DNA from: Candidatus Multivoradales bacterium
GTDB taxonomy: Bacteria > Acidobacteriota > Thermoanaerobaculia > Multivoradales > JAHEKO01
NCBI GenBank assembly: GCA_965248055.1
Contig: CBDFIJ010000004.1
Location: 96,001 to 160,000 of the forward strand
Direction: 5' to 3'
DNA length: 64,000 nt
Shown: positions 40,980 through 50,357 of the stretch, in pieces
Numbering within the stretch: the stretch's first letter is position 1
How the letters are laid out: each line of letters opens with the position of its first letter
Notes under the pieces: model-generated
What the model was told of the DNA's origin: nothing
The model's input: the letters and a program-made list of their open reading frames with translations, nothing else
Databases searched by the model: none
Program-made: the position numbers and the translations under genes

Positions 40980-42513
40980 GGATGACAGAACGGACCATAA
41001 CACTGGAGGCGGTATTCATGGCGACTCCATCCGTCGTTGCGCAACGGCCGCAGAGGTGAAAACGGCTGGAAATCGTGACCCCGTTGTGACCTAGCTTCTC
41101 TCGTCGCAAGTCTGAGAGCCTGACGTGAATCGAATCGGGCTGGCCCAAGCACGTCTCTTTGATGGTTCCCCCATTAATGCCAGCCGAACTGGAGCGGTTG
41201 CTCGGTCCGATTACTGAGCGAGCCTTGCCGCTCTCCCACCTCGAACCAATGGCTGCAGCGGCTGCACGCCAGTTTGAGAAAGCAACCCAACGCGCGAAGG
41301 AAGCGGCTGCCCAACTTGAGGGACGGATTGCCTCTGTCACGGCGCGGCCGGCGTCGTAGCCTTCGGGCAACCCGTCATCTTGATTTATGAAGACTGATGA
41401 TACTCGCTGTCCAACTTGTCGCCGATTGCTTGGCCGTAGACGGTCAGATGGAGCGGTTGAGGTTAGGAGCTGACGTTCTTCAACCATATTTCGAGAGGGT
41501 GAGCAGCGTTGCATTCGGTGTGGTTTATCCGTCACAACCAAGAGCATCGGGAAAGGTCGAGATCGTCGTTTAGGCGTCCATTCTGGGCGTTGTTTGTCGC
41601 CTTAGTGCTCTGGTTCTCCAATGCTCAAATCGAGCCCTTCAAGTTCAATCTCAGGCTGATCACCGGCTAGTAGGTTGAGAGCTTCACCACGGGTTTTGCC
41701 GATGACCGTATCGCCACCCTCGATCCTTTGAGCGTTCCATAGGTTTGGTATAGGCGTCCCACTGTAACCAACAGTAGCCACCGCCGTGTACGGGCCAACG
41801 TTGGCGGATGCCTAGGTCGTCGATCCAGGGTTCAAGCATTCGTGTTGGAGTGTCCTCTCAAAGTAGCCAAGAAGCTCTCTGCAGATTGTCGAAACTTCAC
41901 TCATGCAGGGCTCTTATTCGTCCTCGTCGTTAGCTTTATGAACGACCGACCCACTACGGCGCGCATCTACAATCGAGAGTAGGTAAGAAGCTAGGACTAG
42001 CATTTCGGAAGCCTCCTGAGGTTCAAGTTCTACGTGCCTGTGGGAATTGGGGTTCTTGTAGGAGCCGATGGCCCCTGAAAAGAGGCGACGTAGCGCCAAC
42101 TGTTCCGCTTCAAGAGCTTGTGTGTCTGCCAGAGGCCCCACATGTGGTTTGAATGCTTCATCGACGAGTGGTACGCCCACTAACCTAGAGGGAAGGTCCG
42201 CAGCTTCTCGCACAGCTACCTCTAGCTCATGGCAAGCCTTGAAGACAGCGCCACTGAAGTCACTTCGAATGAAGTCTGGCCAGCTCCGTTTCTGGATCTT
42301 CGGGTGCAAGAGTTCTTTGGGCAACAGGGTACTAACCAAAAATTCTCGTTGGGCAGCTTCGGACCCCGCAACTACATGGCCGCGACAGGAGACTCTGTAC
42401 TTCAGGTAAGAGTCTTCGAGGCTGCGAACCACAAGCCGATGCGCTACCAGCCATGCCCACGCTTCGGACGCTCCGGAACCTGTCAACAACTTTGAGACAG
42501 TTGGCAGAATTAA

Positions 42514-43527
42514 TTAGTGAATCGGGACAACCTCCTTGGTGCGCTGATGTTTGGGTGGGTTGATCCAGACGGCCCTCGGTAATAGCTGAACGGTCGGTCT
42601 TCCACGGACAAATCGCTGTGGGTTGTTTCGCCAAGCTTGGTCAAGGGCCTGCTGACGGAGTTTGAGCTTGTGGTCGGCCTTGCCGTAGTGGACATCTTCG
42701 GGTGTCAGCATGGCGATGCCGGCGTGACGGTGCTGGGTGTTGTACCAGATAAAGAACGACCTGCAGAAGGCGATAGCGTCCTCGATCGAGCCAAACCGAT
42801 CGGGAAAGCTCGGGTGATACTTGAGGGTCTTGAATTGGGCTTCGGAGAAGGGATTATCGTTGGAGATGCGAGGCCGCGAGAACGACTGAGAGATACCAAG
42901 CCTTACGAGGAGTCGTCCGGTGTCCTTGGCGGTCATCGGCGAGCCCCGATCACTGTGTAGGGTTAGCTGATTCTTGGGAATGCCTTGCTTGGTTGAGGTC
43001 TCCTCGAGAAGCCTTTGGGCTAAGGCCTCGCGTTCGTGCTCGGCGAGCATCCAGCCGACCACATAGCGGCTGAAGATATCGAGGACAACGTAGAGATAGA
43101 ACCACCATCCCGGCTGAGGCCCTCTCAGCCGGGTGATATCCCAGCTCCAGACTTGGTTTGCCGCTGTGGCGAGTAGCTCTGGCTTGGTATAGACCGGATG
43201 GCGGCGTTGGCGCCGTCTCTCCTGCAGCGTCTTCTCAGCTGCCAGGAGTCGGTACATGGTGCGCTCCGAGCACAGATAGCGTTCTTCGTCGAGAAGGGTG
43301 GCCACCACGGCCGCCGGTGCAGCGTCGACAAAGCGCGGCCCGTTGAGTAGGTCAAGGACCTGTTGTTTTTCGCTGACTGTCAGTGCCCGAGCTGGAGTCG
43401 GTCGAGGCTGCTGAGGCTCGGTTGATCTCGGCCGAAGCCGACGATAGAACGTTGCACGACTGACGCTCAGGCTCCGGCAGGCCGGTGCGATACCGACCCA
43501 CGGAGCCAGCGTCCTGGCCGCTTTCAC
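42514..43527 (-). CDS. IS3-family transposase OrfB (DDE)
   Basis: NQVWSWDIT, LDIFSRYVVGW, HSDRGS, DNPFSEAQFKTLK. Confidence 0.95.
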   Translation of the reverse strand: MKAARTLAPWVGIAPACRSLSVSRATFYRRLRPRSTEPQQPRPTPARALTVSEKQQVLDLLNGPRFVDAAPAAVVATLLDEERYLCSERTMYRLLAAEKTLQERRRQRRHPVYTKPELLATAANQVWSWDITRLRGPQPGWWFYLYVVLDIFSRYVVGWMLAEHEREALAQRLLEETSTKQGIPKNQLTLHSDRGSPMTAKDTGRLLVRLGISQSFSRPRISNDNPFSEAQFKTLKYHPSFPDRFGSIEDAIAFCRSFFIWYNTQHRHAGIAMLTPEDVHYGKADHKLKLRQQALDQAWRNNPQRFVRGRPTVQLLPRAVWINPPKHQRTKEVVPIH

Positions 43528-44003
43528 GAGTTCTTCTCGCCCTCTGAGGGGATACCCAGCAGCCCGGCTACTTTTCTTTGCACATCGATGATCAGCTGTG
43601 CCCTGTGCAATTCGTTCTCAAGCCGAGTCTTCTCCCGCTCTAGTCGAGCAACCTTGCTTTCCAACGGGTGCCTTTTGGGTTTGCGTCCACGGCTTTTGCC
43701 GAGCGCGGCAAGCGATCCCCGTCGCCGAGCTAGGCGCCAGTTAGATAGATGAGATGAGTAGAGACCCTTCCGGCGCAACAGGGACCCGACCTCCTCTCGG
43801 CTGGAGCAAGCGTCGGCCTGCTCCAAGATCGCCAGTTTGTACTTTGCCGTAAACCGCCGTCTGGCGGGTCGAGCCTCGATCTCAGGGTCGGGTACCGATT
43901 CGGGGGTCGAGGGCAACTGCGCCGTCTCCCCTCCGGATCCCTCGTCGCTACGCTCCTCGGTCGCCTTCGGCGAGACCGGCAATATGGGCTGATTCTGAAA
44001 CAT
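43524..44003 (-). CDS. IS3-family transposase OrfA (HTH)
   Basis: RRRFTAKYKLAIL, LLRRKGLYSSHLSNWR, leucine-zipper-like tail. Confidence 0.92.
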   Translation of the reverse strand: MFQNQPILPVSPKATEERSDEGSGGETAQLPSTPESVPDPEIEARPARRRFTAKYKLAILEQADACSSREEVGSLLRRKGLYSSHLSNWRLARRRGSLAALGKSRGRKPKRHPLESKVARLEREKTRLENELHRAQLIIDVQRKVAGLLGIPSEGEKNS

Positions 44004-44326
44004 ACTGAAACCTCCTTCCGCCCTCTAATTATCAGGGGGCCAAGTGTCTCAGCTACGTTGGCAGATAGGGCTCGAAGTTCCAATTCAACAATGTCGCTCG
44101 ATCCGCCATAGAAGCGACTCAACTGGATTCGGCTATAGAGGTTTGAGGGCGCCACCGCCAAGTTGGTACTGTGCCTTCGCTGGCTCTGCCTATTCTCTTC
44201 TGCAACAAGGTGCCGCAGCATATACACCGCCAATTCTTCGGGCTCAAGTGCGAGGATTGTTTCTGCCTCACTTGGTAGTCCATACGGCATATACAAACCG
44301 TAACACCCAGTGCGTCTTAATTCACC

Positions 44327-45061
44327 CTAGGTTCGCACTTTCCGATAGGGGGTGTTGCGCTGGGCCTTGAACCTCGTAACGAGTTGATAGAGGGGGCGAT
44401 TCACCTCATCCAATAGGGCTAAGTTGCCCTGCAGCAAGCCCGGCTCATTGTGTTCGTCCGCAATTGTCTGCAGCACTTGGTATGCGGCGGCGTCCGCGAA
44501 GTAGAACCGGGTTGACTCCATTGAGCTGGCGCTTGATTCGTATGGCGGACCAGCCGTCGTCTCTTCGACGAAGCGGGCTTTGTACCCGATCCCGATTTTC
44601 TTGGCGTCGTAGTGGAACGAGATTTTATTTCGGGCTAGGAGCAGCGCCTTGCCTATACCGCCGACGGCTCTTCGATTATGCGCAACCTCAAGCAGGGACT
44701 CCCACGCGTTGCGAGCCTTCTTGTCAATACGCTTGTGCAAGGCCTGGAACGCTGTGTGCTCAATCGCCTTCTTATTCTCCTCCAGTAAGACGAGCAGTTC
44801 GTTGAGCTGGCCCCAGCTCACCCTGAGCCAGGCTATTCCCAGCCCACTCCAATTGCCATATGTGGGTGTGTCTTCCTGAGGAGGTTCCATATCAATCAAC
44901 AGCCTGCGAGTTAGCGTTAGGTCCCGGAGGTCGTTGTAGGCAACCGCGAGAGCGAGCACAAAGTTGCAGACTTCTTGGGGGCATTTATCGTCACCGACGA
45001 ACAGAGCAGGATCGAAGGTAGTCAACGGACCTAGTTTCTGAACCTCTGTGTCATACGACAT
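44327..45061 (-). CDS. Hypothetical helical protein with a HEPN-like R-x5-H motif
   Basis: ARNKISFHYD; GGAGG RBS upstream of the ATG at 45061. Confidence 0.65.
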   Translation of the reverse strand: MSYDTEVQKLGPLTTFDPALFVGDDKCPQEVCNFVLALAVAYNDLRDLTLTRRLLIDMEPPQEDTPTYGNWSGLGIAWLRVSWGQLNELLVLLEENKKAIEHTAFQALHKRIDKKARNAWESLLEVAHNRRAVGGIGKALLLARNKISFHYDAKKIGIGYKARFVEETTAGPPYESSASSMESTRFYFADAAAYQVLQTIADEHNEPGLLQGNLALLDEVNRPLYQLVTRFKAQRNTPYRKVRT

Positions 45062-45420
45062 CGAGCAGACCTCCACTTTGGGATTGACTACTAATTGTAG
45101 CAGCTACGCAGGAGCATCAACCGCTGCCGCTGAGTCTCGCGCTTCTTCGCGCATAGTATCCACCACCTCTAGCGCTGAACTGTCCTTCTGGCTTTCTTGC
45201 CAGAGATCAAAAGCGCGCATGAATGCCTTTGTAGGTGCCTTGCGGTCACCCTTCAATCTCAGCCACCCAAGGAACAAAGCCACGGTATACGCAGTGGGGG
45301 TCCGGTGTAAAAACTGATCTTTGAAGCACGTTACTAGGCACCGGGTCTAGCTCCCATCTACCTTCGCCGAACCCTTGAATCACCGCTCCGATTGTCTCCA
45401 TGTCCAACTTGGCGTCGTGC

Positions 45421-45747
45421 TTAGGCTGCTACTGGAAACCAAGCGTCTATCTGCACTTTCCAGGGGTCTATGCCCGTTGGGGGCACCATCGCTCGCAACG
45501 ATCCAGGCACCACACCAGATATAAGCTTTTCCACTGTCCCTGTAGCCTGGAACCTGAACCCTCGGCGACCGTCTCGGTCCTCGGGAGCGAAGGTTATTTT
45601 CTCAGATAGTAGCTTCTGAACAACTTGCCGTGCTTGTGGTACTTGGCGACCTAAGACGCCACGCCATTGCTCGACTGCAGCATTGATCTTTGTTTCCATG
45701 GCGCCGTCAACTGTGATGGTTGGTGAGTTCAGCGAATCTAGTTGCCC
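45421..45747 (-). pseudogene. C-terminal remnant of a large serine recombinase
   Basis: WRGVLGRQVPQARQVVQKLL...ITFAP...FRFQATG...MVPPTGIDP resembles the C-terminus of tRNA-targeting serine integrases; catalytic domain absent. Confidence 0.6.
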
Positions 45748-46139
45748 CTACCGGGCATATGTTGGCGGCTAGGTAGTCCTTTGCTGCATCCAGGAACAGC
45801 TCCCCAGAGGTAACCGCGGGATGGAGTAGTAAGTAGCCGCCTTGGGCGGGGTCGCGGTCGGCCATTTCGGACCAACTACCTACGATGATGGAGGTACCGC
45901 GTTGTGAGTGTCGAAGTCCTGCGAAATGGGCGCTATGTCTACCGCAAGTACATCTCCCGCTCCAAGAAAGATGCTCCAGCCTCCCTCAAAAGCGTCCCAT
46001 TGCAGCAGAATCCGATGCTTGAACTCGCCATCCACGCCCCAAGGCAATCCGCCCAGTTTCTTCCCGAGCCCCACAGGCACTTTCCGGACTTTGGCCTGGA
46101 TTGAAGCTGCCCCGTTTTGGTGGACACATAGTTTAGCTC

Positions 46140-47039
46140 TCATTGAGCGAGAGCGGTTTGGTTAGCGACCGTTGCCAAAGCAGCGAGTCGGTCTTCATAG
46201 GCGACAGGACTCAAGCCTCCGAGGCTTGAGTGGCGTCGCTTGCGGTTGTAGAAAATTTCGATGTAATCGAAGAGGTCTCTTTGAGCTTGTCGACGACTGG
46301 TATAGCGCACATGATGCACCCGCTCGGTCTTCAAGCTGGCAAAGAAGCTCTCCATCGGTGCGTTGTCCCAGCAGTTGCCTTTACGGCTCATACTCACCGT
46401 GATGCGGGCATCTTCGAGTTTCTTGCGATAGTCAGACGCTGCGTACTGACTACCGCGATCAGAGTGGTGCAGGAGCCTGCCAGGATCTGGCCGGCGCTCA
46501 TAGAGAGCGCTCTCCAGGGCCCGTAGAGTCAAATCCTGAGTCAGACGAGTACTGGTCGAAAAACCAACAATACGCCGGGACCCAAGGTCCATGATCGCTG
46601 CCAAGTACAGCCAGCCTTCAGTGGTGGGAATGTAGGTTATATCGCTCAACCACACATGATTGGGATCTTCGACCTCGAAACGGCGGTCCAATACATTCGC
46701 AGCCACCGGATGCTTATGTTTCGACTGCGTCGTTACCCGAAACTGCTTGGCCCGTATTGAGCGAATGCCGTGATTGTGCATTAACCGAGTCACACGCTTG
46801 CGGCTGTGGCAAAACCCCTGGTCTCGCAACTCACCATGGATTCTAGGGCTCCCATACGTCCGCCGACTCTCGGAGTTAATCATACGAATCTGAGTCAGAA
46901 GTCGGCGATCTTCTCGGCCACGTCGGCACTCTGGGCGACGCACCCAAGCGTAATAGCCGCTGCGTGACACCTCCAGCACACGACACATGACGAGTACAGA
47001 ATACTCGCGCCGATGACGGCGAATGAAATCGAATCTCAT
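46140..47039 (-). CDS. IS3-family transposase OrfB (DDE)
   Basis: YGSPRI, WLSDITYI, HSDRGSQY, GNCWDNAPMESFF. Confidence 0.96.
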   Translation of the reverse strand: MRFDFIRRHRREYSVLVMCRVLEVSRSGYYAWVRRPECRRGREDRRLLTQIRMINSESRRTYGSPRIHGELRDQGFCHSRKRVTRLMHNHGIRSIRAKQFRVTTQSKHKHPVAANVLDRRFEVEDPNHVWLSDITYIPTTEGWLYLAAIMDLGSRRIVGFSTSTRLTQDLTLRALESALYERRPDPGRLLHHSDRGSQYAASDYRKKLEDARITVSMSRKGNCWDNAPMESFFASLKTERVHHVRYTSRRQAQRDLFDYIEIFYNRKRRHSSLGGLSPVAYEDRLAALATVANQTALAQ

Positions 47040-47332
47040 CGTCGTCGATCCGAGAAGATCGCCACCGCTTTTTTTAGGATCGCGTGTTCCTCTCTCATCA
47101 TCCCCAGCTCGCGGCGAAGACGACGTAGCTCCTCTTCCTCTGGCTTTAAACGCCCCTCGCCGGGAAACGCTTGGTCTGGGTCATCCAAGTACTGCTGCTT
47201 CCACCTACCCAGAAGATTCGGCCGGATGCCTAGATCTCGAGCCACTGACGACATCGGCAGATCGCTTTCCAGAGCCTGATGTACTGCTTCTCGTTTGAAC
47301 TCTTTGCTAAATCGACGACGAACTACTGACAT
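47036..47332 (-). CDS. IS3-family transposase OrfA
   Basis: RRFSKEFKREAV, VARDLGI, ILKKA with an A7G slippery tract; ATGA overlap with orfB. Confidence 0.93.
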   Translation of the reverse strand: MSVVRRRFSKEFKREAVHQALESDLPMSSVARDLGIRPNLLGRWKQQYLDDPDQAFPGEGRLKPEEEELRRLRRELGMMREEHAILKKAVAIFSDRRR

Positions 47333-47383
47333 GAACACCTCCTTAGATCCAATGATCCTATTCTTAGTGTCCACTAAAACGGG

Positions 47384-48620
47384 GGTGGTCTCAAACGATC
47401 ATCGCAACACTTGGAGAATTCTTTGATAGAGATTCTCAGGAGGTGTTGGGATGGTAAAGAGACGAATCCGAGGCATGCGGCTTACCCGTGGAGAGCGATT
47501 GGAGGTACGGTCCCTAGTGGGCAAGGGCAGCAGCTTCGAAGAAGCTGCTGCCACAGCCAGATGCTCAACAAAGACCGTCCAGAGGCTGTTGAATTCATCA
47601 GGAGGCCTACCAGCGCGAGAGACAAGTCGCTCAGAGCTACGGTTGTCGTTAGCCGAACGCGAGGAGATCTCTCGCCATCTAAGTGGAGGCGCTTCGTATC
47701 GAGTGATCGCCCGCCATCTCAAGCGAGCGCCGTCGACGATCTCACGTGAGGTCAATGCCAATGGAGGTCGCCGACGTTATCGGGCTGTTCGGGCTGACGA
47801 GGCGGCCTACAGGAGAGCCAGGAGACCTAAGATCTCGAAGCTGAGACGATGTCCAGGGCTCCGTGTTCAAGTTGAAGCGATGCTGAACAAGCTTTGGTCT
47901 CCTGAGCAGATCAGTGCGAGACTAATGGTCGAGAACCCAAACGACTCCGAGCTACGCGTGTCACATGAAACGATCTACCAGTCTCTGTTTGTTCAATCGC
48001 GGGGAGCGTTGCGAAAAGAACTCTCGGCTTGCCTCCGTTCGAAACGCACCCGCCGCAAACCTCATGGACGCAAAGATCCTGGCGGGTACATCAAGGGCAT
48101 GGTCCTCATTTCAGACCGCCCTGCTGAGATCGAAGATCGCGCTGTTCCTGGGCATTGGGAAGGCGATCTCATTATTGGAGCGCTTGGGCAATCGGCGATT
48201 GCCACCCTGGTCGAACGTCAAACTAGATATGTCATGTTGCTCTCTGTCGGCCGAAATAGGACCAGCCAACATGTCTGTTCGTTGCTAGCAAAGAAGATCA
48301 AGACGCTGCCTAGACATCTCGCAGTCTCCTTGACCTGGGATCGCGGGAAAGAGCTTGCTGCCCATCTCAAGTTCACCATCGACACGGGAGTCCAAGTCTA
48401 CTTCTGTGATCCACATAGCCCATGGCAGCGAGGAAGCAACGAGAATACCAACGGGTTACTGCGCCAGTACTTCCCAAAGGGAACCGACCTCGAGGTCCAC
48501 AGCCAGGGCCATCTCGACCATGTTGCTCATATGCTTAATGATCGACCTCGAAAAACGCTCGGATGGATGAAACCGACCGAAAAATTGGCTGAACTGTTGC
48601 GATGACCGAATGAGACCACC
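47384..48620 (+). mobile_element. IS30-family insertion sequence (1237 bp)
   Basis: IRs GGTGGTCTCAAACGATCATCGCAACA / GGTGGTCTCATTCGGTCATCGCAACA; GGG flanks on both sides. Confidence 0.93.
47451..48605 (+). CDS. IS30-family transposase
   Basis: RAPSTISRE, WSPEQIS, SHETIY, GHWEGDLI, TWDRGKE, PWQRGSNENTNGLLRQY. Confidence 0.97.
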   Translation: MVKRRIRGMRLTRGERLEVRSLVGKGSSFEEAAATARCSTKTVQRLLNSSGGLPARETSRSELRLSLAEREEISRHLSGGASYRVIARHLKRAPSTISREVNANGGRRRYRAVRADEAAYRRARRPKISKLRRCPGLRVQVEAMLNKLWSPEQISARLMVENPNDSELRVSHETIYQSLFVQSRGALRKELSACLRSKRTRRKPHGRKDPGGYIKGMVLISDRPAEIEDRAVPGHWEGDLIIGALGQSAIATLVERQTRYVMLLSVGRNRTSQHVCSLLAKKIKTLPRHLAVSLTWDRGKELAAHLKFTIDTGVQVYFCDPHSPWQRGSNENTNGLLRQYFPKGTDLEVHSQGHLDHVAHMLNDRPRKTLGWMKPTEKLAELLR

Positions 48621-49259
48621 GGGTCAACTCCAGATTACCCGGTAGCGATCCACGCCAACCACAACCTCCTGGTCTGATACGACCTCCTCCAACGTTTCGC
48701 GATAACAATCGCCAACGAGGATCCCGTCCCGTATCTCTGCTAGCTTGAGTCCTGTCGCAGTTGCTTCGATAGTAACCGTCTTCAACCCTCCATGTTGAGT
48801 TCGTGCAAACCAATCTTCCCAAGAGAATTGTTTATCTGAGGAGAGAACGTCCTCAACCACAACCTCAACAAGTCCCGCCGTTTCCCACAGCGGCACTATC
48901 TCCTGAAAAGCGGTCAAAGACATCTTACCCTTGCCCATCGAGAGGTGCCGCGTTTCTGTAACACTGATGTCATCCCCTACTGGCACAAGACATTGTCGGG
49001 GCTTGGTCCCCAGCCAAAGATCCGTCACAAGTTCACTCGCTTCACTCCCTCGTCCACTGCACCCCATCAACCCGATCCAACAGGCGGCAACAAGAAAAAC
49101 AGCGGCTCTTTGGTGCATCAACAACTCCCTGGTCCATCCCTGAGCGTGAGCCCCCGCCACATGCGCTCGGTTAACGATCCCCAGAATCTAACAGAGGGCT
49201 ATGGGTTTGTGGAAATGTGGTGACAGAGGGTCACTAATTCAATGGCTAACTGGAAATTA

Positions 49260-49279
49260 TCTTGCAAGAGTCTTGCAAG
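49260..49279. repeat. Tandem TCTTGCAAG repeats beside tRNA-Pro, possible integrase arm-type sites
   Basis: Two 9-bp copies with 11-bp period, about 70 bp from the tRNA 3' end. Confidence 0.4.
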
Positions 49280-49347
49280 TCTAACTTCGGAGGTTTTTCA
49301 GCTTGCGGCTGTTGTGCCGTAAGTGTCTGTAGTTATTGAGTTTGTAA

Positions 49348-49424
49348 TGGTCGGGACGCGGGGATTTGAACCCCGGACCACCTGACCCCCAGTCAGGTAC
49401 GCTACCAGACTGCGCCACGTCCCG
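49348..49424 (-). tRNA. tRNA-Pro (GGG)
   Basis: CGGGACG acceptor stem, CCTGA-CTGGGGG-TCAGG anticodon arm, GGTTCAAATCC, encoded CCA. Confidence 0.97.
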
Positions 49425-49535
49425 ATTCTTATCTATTAGGAGCCTAGGCTCCCGAGCGGGTGACTGTACCGTTTGCTCTCTTGGCTGGCAAGACGGCCCG
49501 CGCCATGCAACTACTCTTGAACTACCCGCGGCCTA

Positions 49536-50243
49536 CTACCCCTTGCGGAGTTGCTTCAACAGCCCCTGTGCTTCCCCTAGGATCGCCCCCAGTTCCTCGA
49601 GGTTAACCGTCGATTGCTCGGTCGATTCTTCGGCTGACAGCTCAGCTGACTGTTCGGCCGCAACTAGGGCGTCATCAGCGCTATCTCCATCGGGGCTATC
49701 TTCAACGGGGCTGTCTTCAGCGCCTGCATGGCTTTCTTCAGTCGAATCTTCCTCTGCAGCACTGTCTCTTACAGTACTGCCCTCTGCGACACTGCCCTCT
49801 TCGACCGGTTCATCATCTTCAACGACAAGATCCTGAGCGGAATCCGCTGCCGTTGCTTCTTCATCGGGTTCGTCCTCGACCAGCGGTTCGGGATCCGCCT
49901 CGGGCGCCTCGACCTCCTGCTCTTCAACCTCTTCCCCGCTGTCGCCAGCGCTCGAAGCATCCACCGCCTCTACTACATCGTCTTGGGCTACCTGCAGGGT
50001 GCCTTCCACCAGTTCTGCCTGCAGTTTCTTTTTCGCTCCGACCAGGGTGAACCCTTCACTGTAGAGCAGCTCTTTGATCCGGCGGATGACCGCCAGGTGG
50101 TCTTCGCTGTAGGTTCGTTGCCCACTGGTTTCCTCATCGTTGGCCAAGGCTGGAAATTCGGTTTCCCAGTAGCGCAACACGTAGGGTTGTACATCCAGCA
50201 GGCGGCAGACTTCCCCGAAGCGATGCTGTTTCTTTTTTGCCAT
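49536..50243 (-). CDS. MerR-family HTH regulator with a long acidic tail
   Basis: YVLRYWETEF, GQRTY, IKELLYSEGFTLVGAKKKL; this subfamily commonly precedes tRNA-Pro(GGG). Confidence 0.88.
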   Translation of the reverse strand: MAKKKQHRFGEVCRLLDVQPYVLRYWETEFPALANDEETSGQRTYSEDHLAVIRRIKELLYSEGFTLVGAKKKLQAELVEGTLQVAQDDVVEAVDASSAGDSGEEVEEQEVEAPEADPEPLVEDEPDEEATAADSAQDLVVEDDEPVEEGSVAEGSTVRDSAAEEDSTEESHAGAEDSPVEDSPDGDSADDALVAAEQSAELSAEESTEQSTVNLEELGAILGEAQGLLKQLRKG

Positions 50244-50357
50244 GTTCTCTCTGGTCAGGCCCGACTATGCGGACATTGCAATCTAGATTTTCGAAGCACG
50301 CTCTGGCTCCCTGGTGGCAGACAAGCCGCGAATGAACCAGCTAATTATACGATGTAA

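Larger units (their letters stand above)
42481..44063 (-). mobile_element. IS3-family insertion sequence (1583 bp)
   Basis: Terminal IRs TGTCAACAACTTTGAGACAGTTGGC / TGCCAACGTAGCTGAGACACTTGGC (18/25), orfA and orfB overlapping at GTGA. Confidence 0.92.
41914..44296 (-). pseudogene. TIGR02391/Ymh-like (HEPN-related) protein split by an IS3-family element
   Basis: N-part ILALEPEELA...ELRALS (44296-44064) and C-part EAWAWL...GAIGSYKNPNSH (42468-41914) rejoin in frame. Confidence 0.8.
46102..48632 (-). mobile_element. IS3-family insertion sequence carrying a nested IS30 in its left IR
   Basis: IRR TGAAGCTGCCCCGTTTTGGTGGACAC versus restored IRL TGGAGTTGACCCGTTTTAGTGGACAC (22/26); GAT target duplication at 46099-46101 and 48633-48635. 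Confidence 0.92.
45880..49118 (-). pseudogene. Lipoprotein gene (about 234 aa restored) interrupted by IS3::IS30
   Basis: Lipobox LMGC; removing 46102-48632 and one GAT copy joins ...DRYRVI to QAKVRKV... in frame. Confidence 0.8.
41100..49347. mobile_element. Decayed genomic island at the 3' end of tRNA-Pro; left boundary approximate
   Basis: Three IS elements, two interrupted genes, a recombinase remnant and gene fragments; abuts the tRNA 3' end. Confidence 0.75.

Noticed and set aside
46102-47393. IS3 left end at 47393 (TGAGACCACC...)
   Set aside because: That sequence belongs to the IS30 IR; the GAT duplication and the better IR match place the true end at 48632.
17201-49229. Shared 10-mer GTGACAGAGG at about 17201, 41331 and 49220 as island boundary repeats
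   Set aside because: Too short, mixed orientation and no extension of identity; may be chance.
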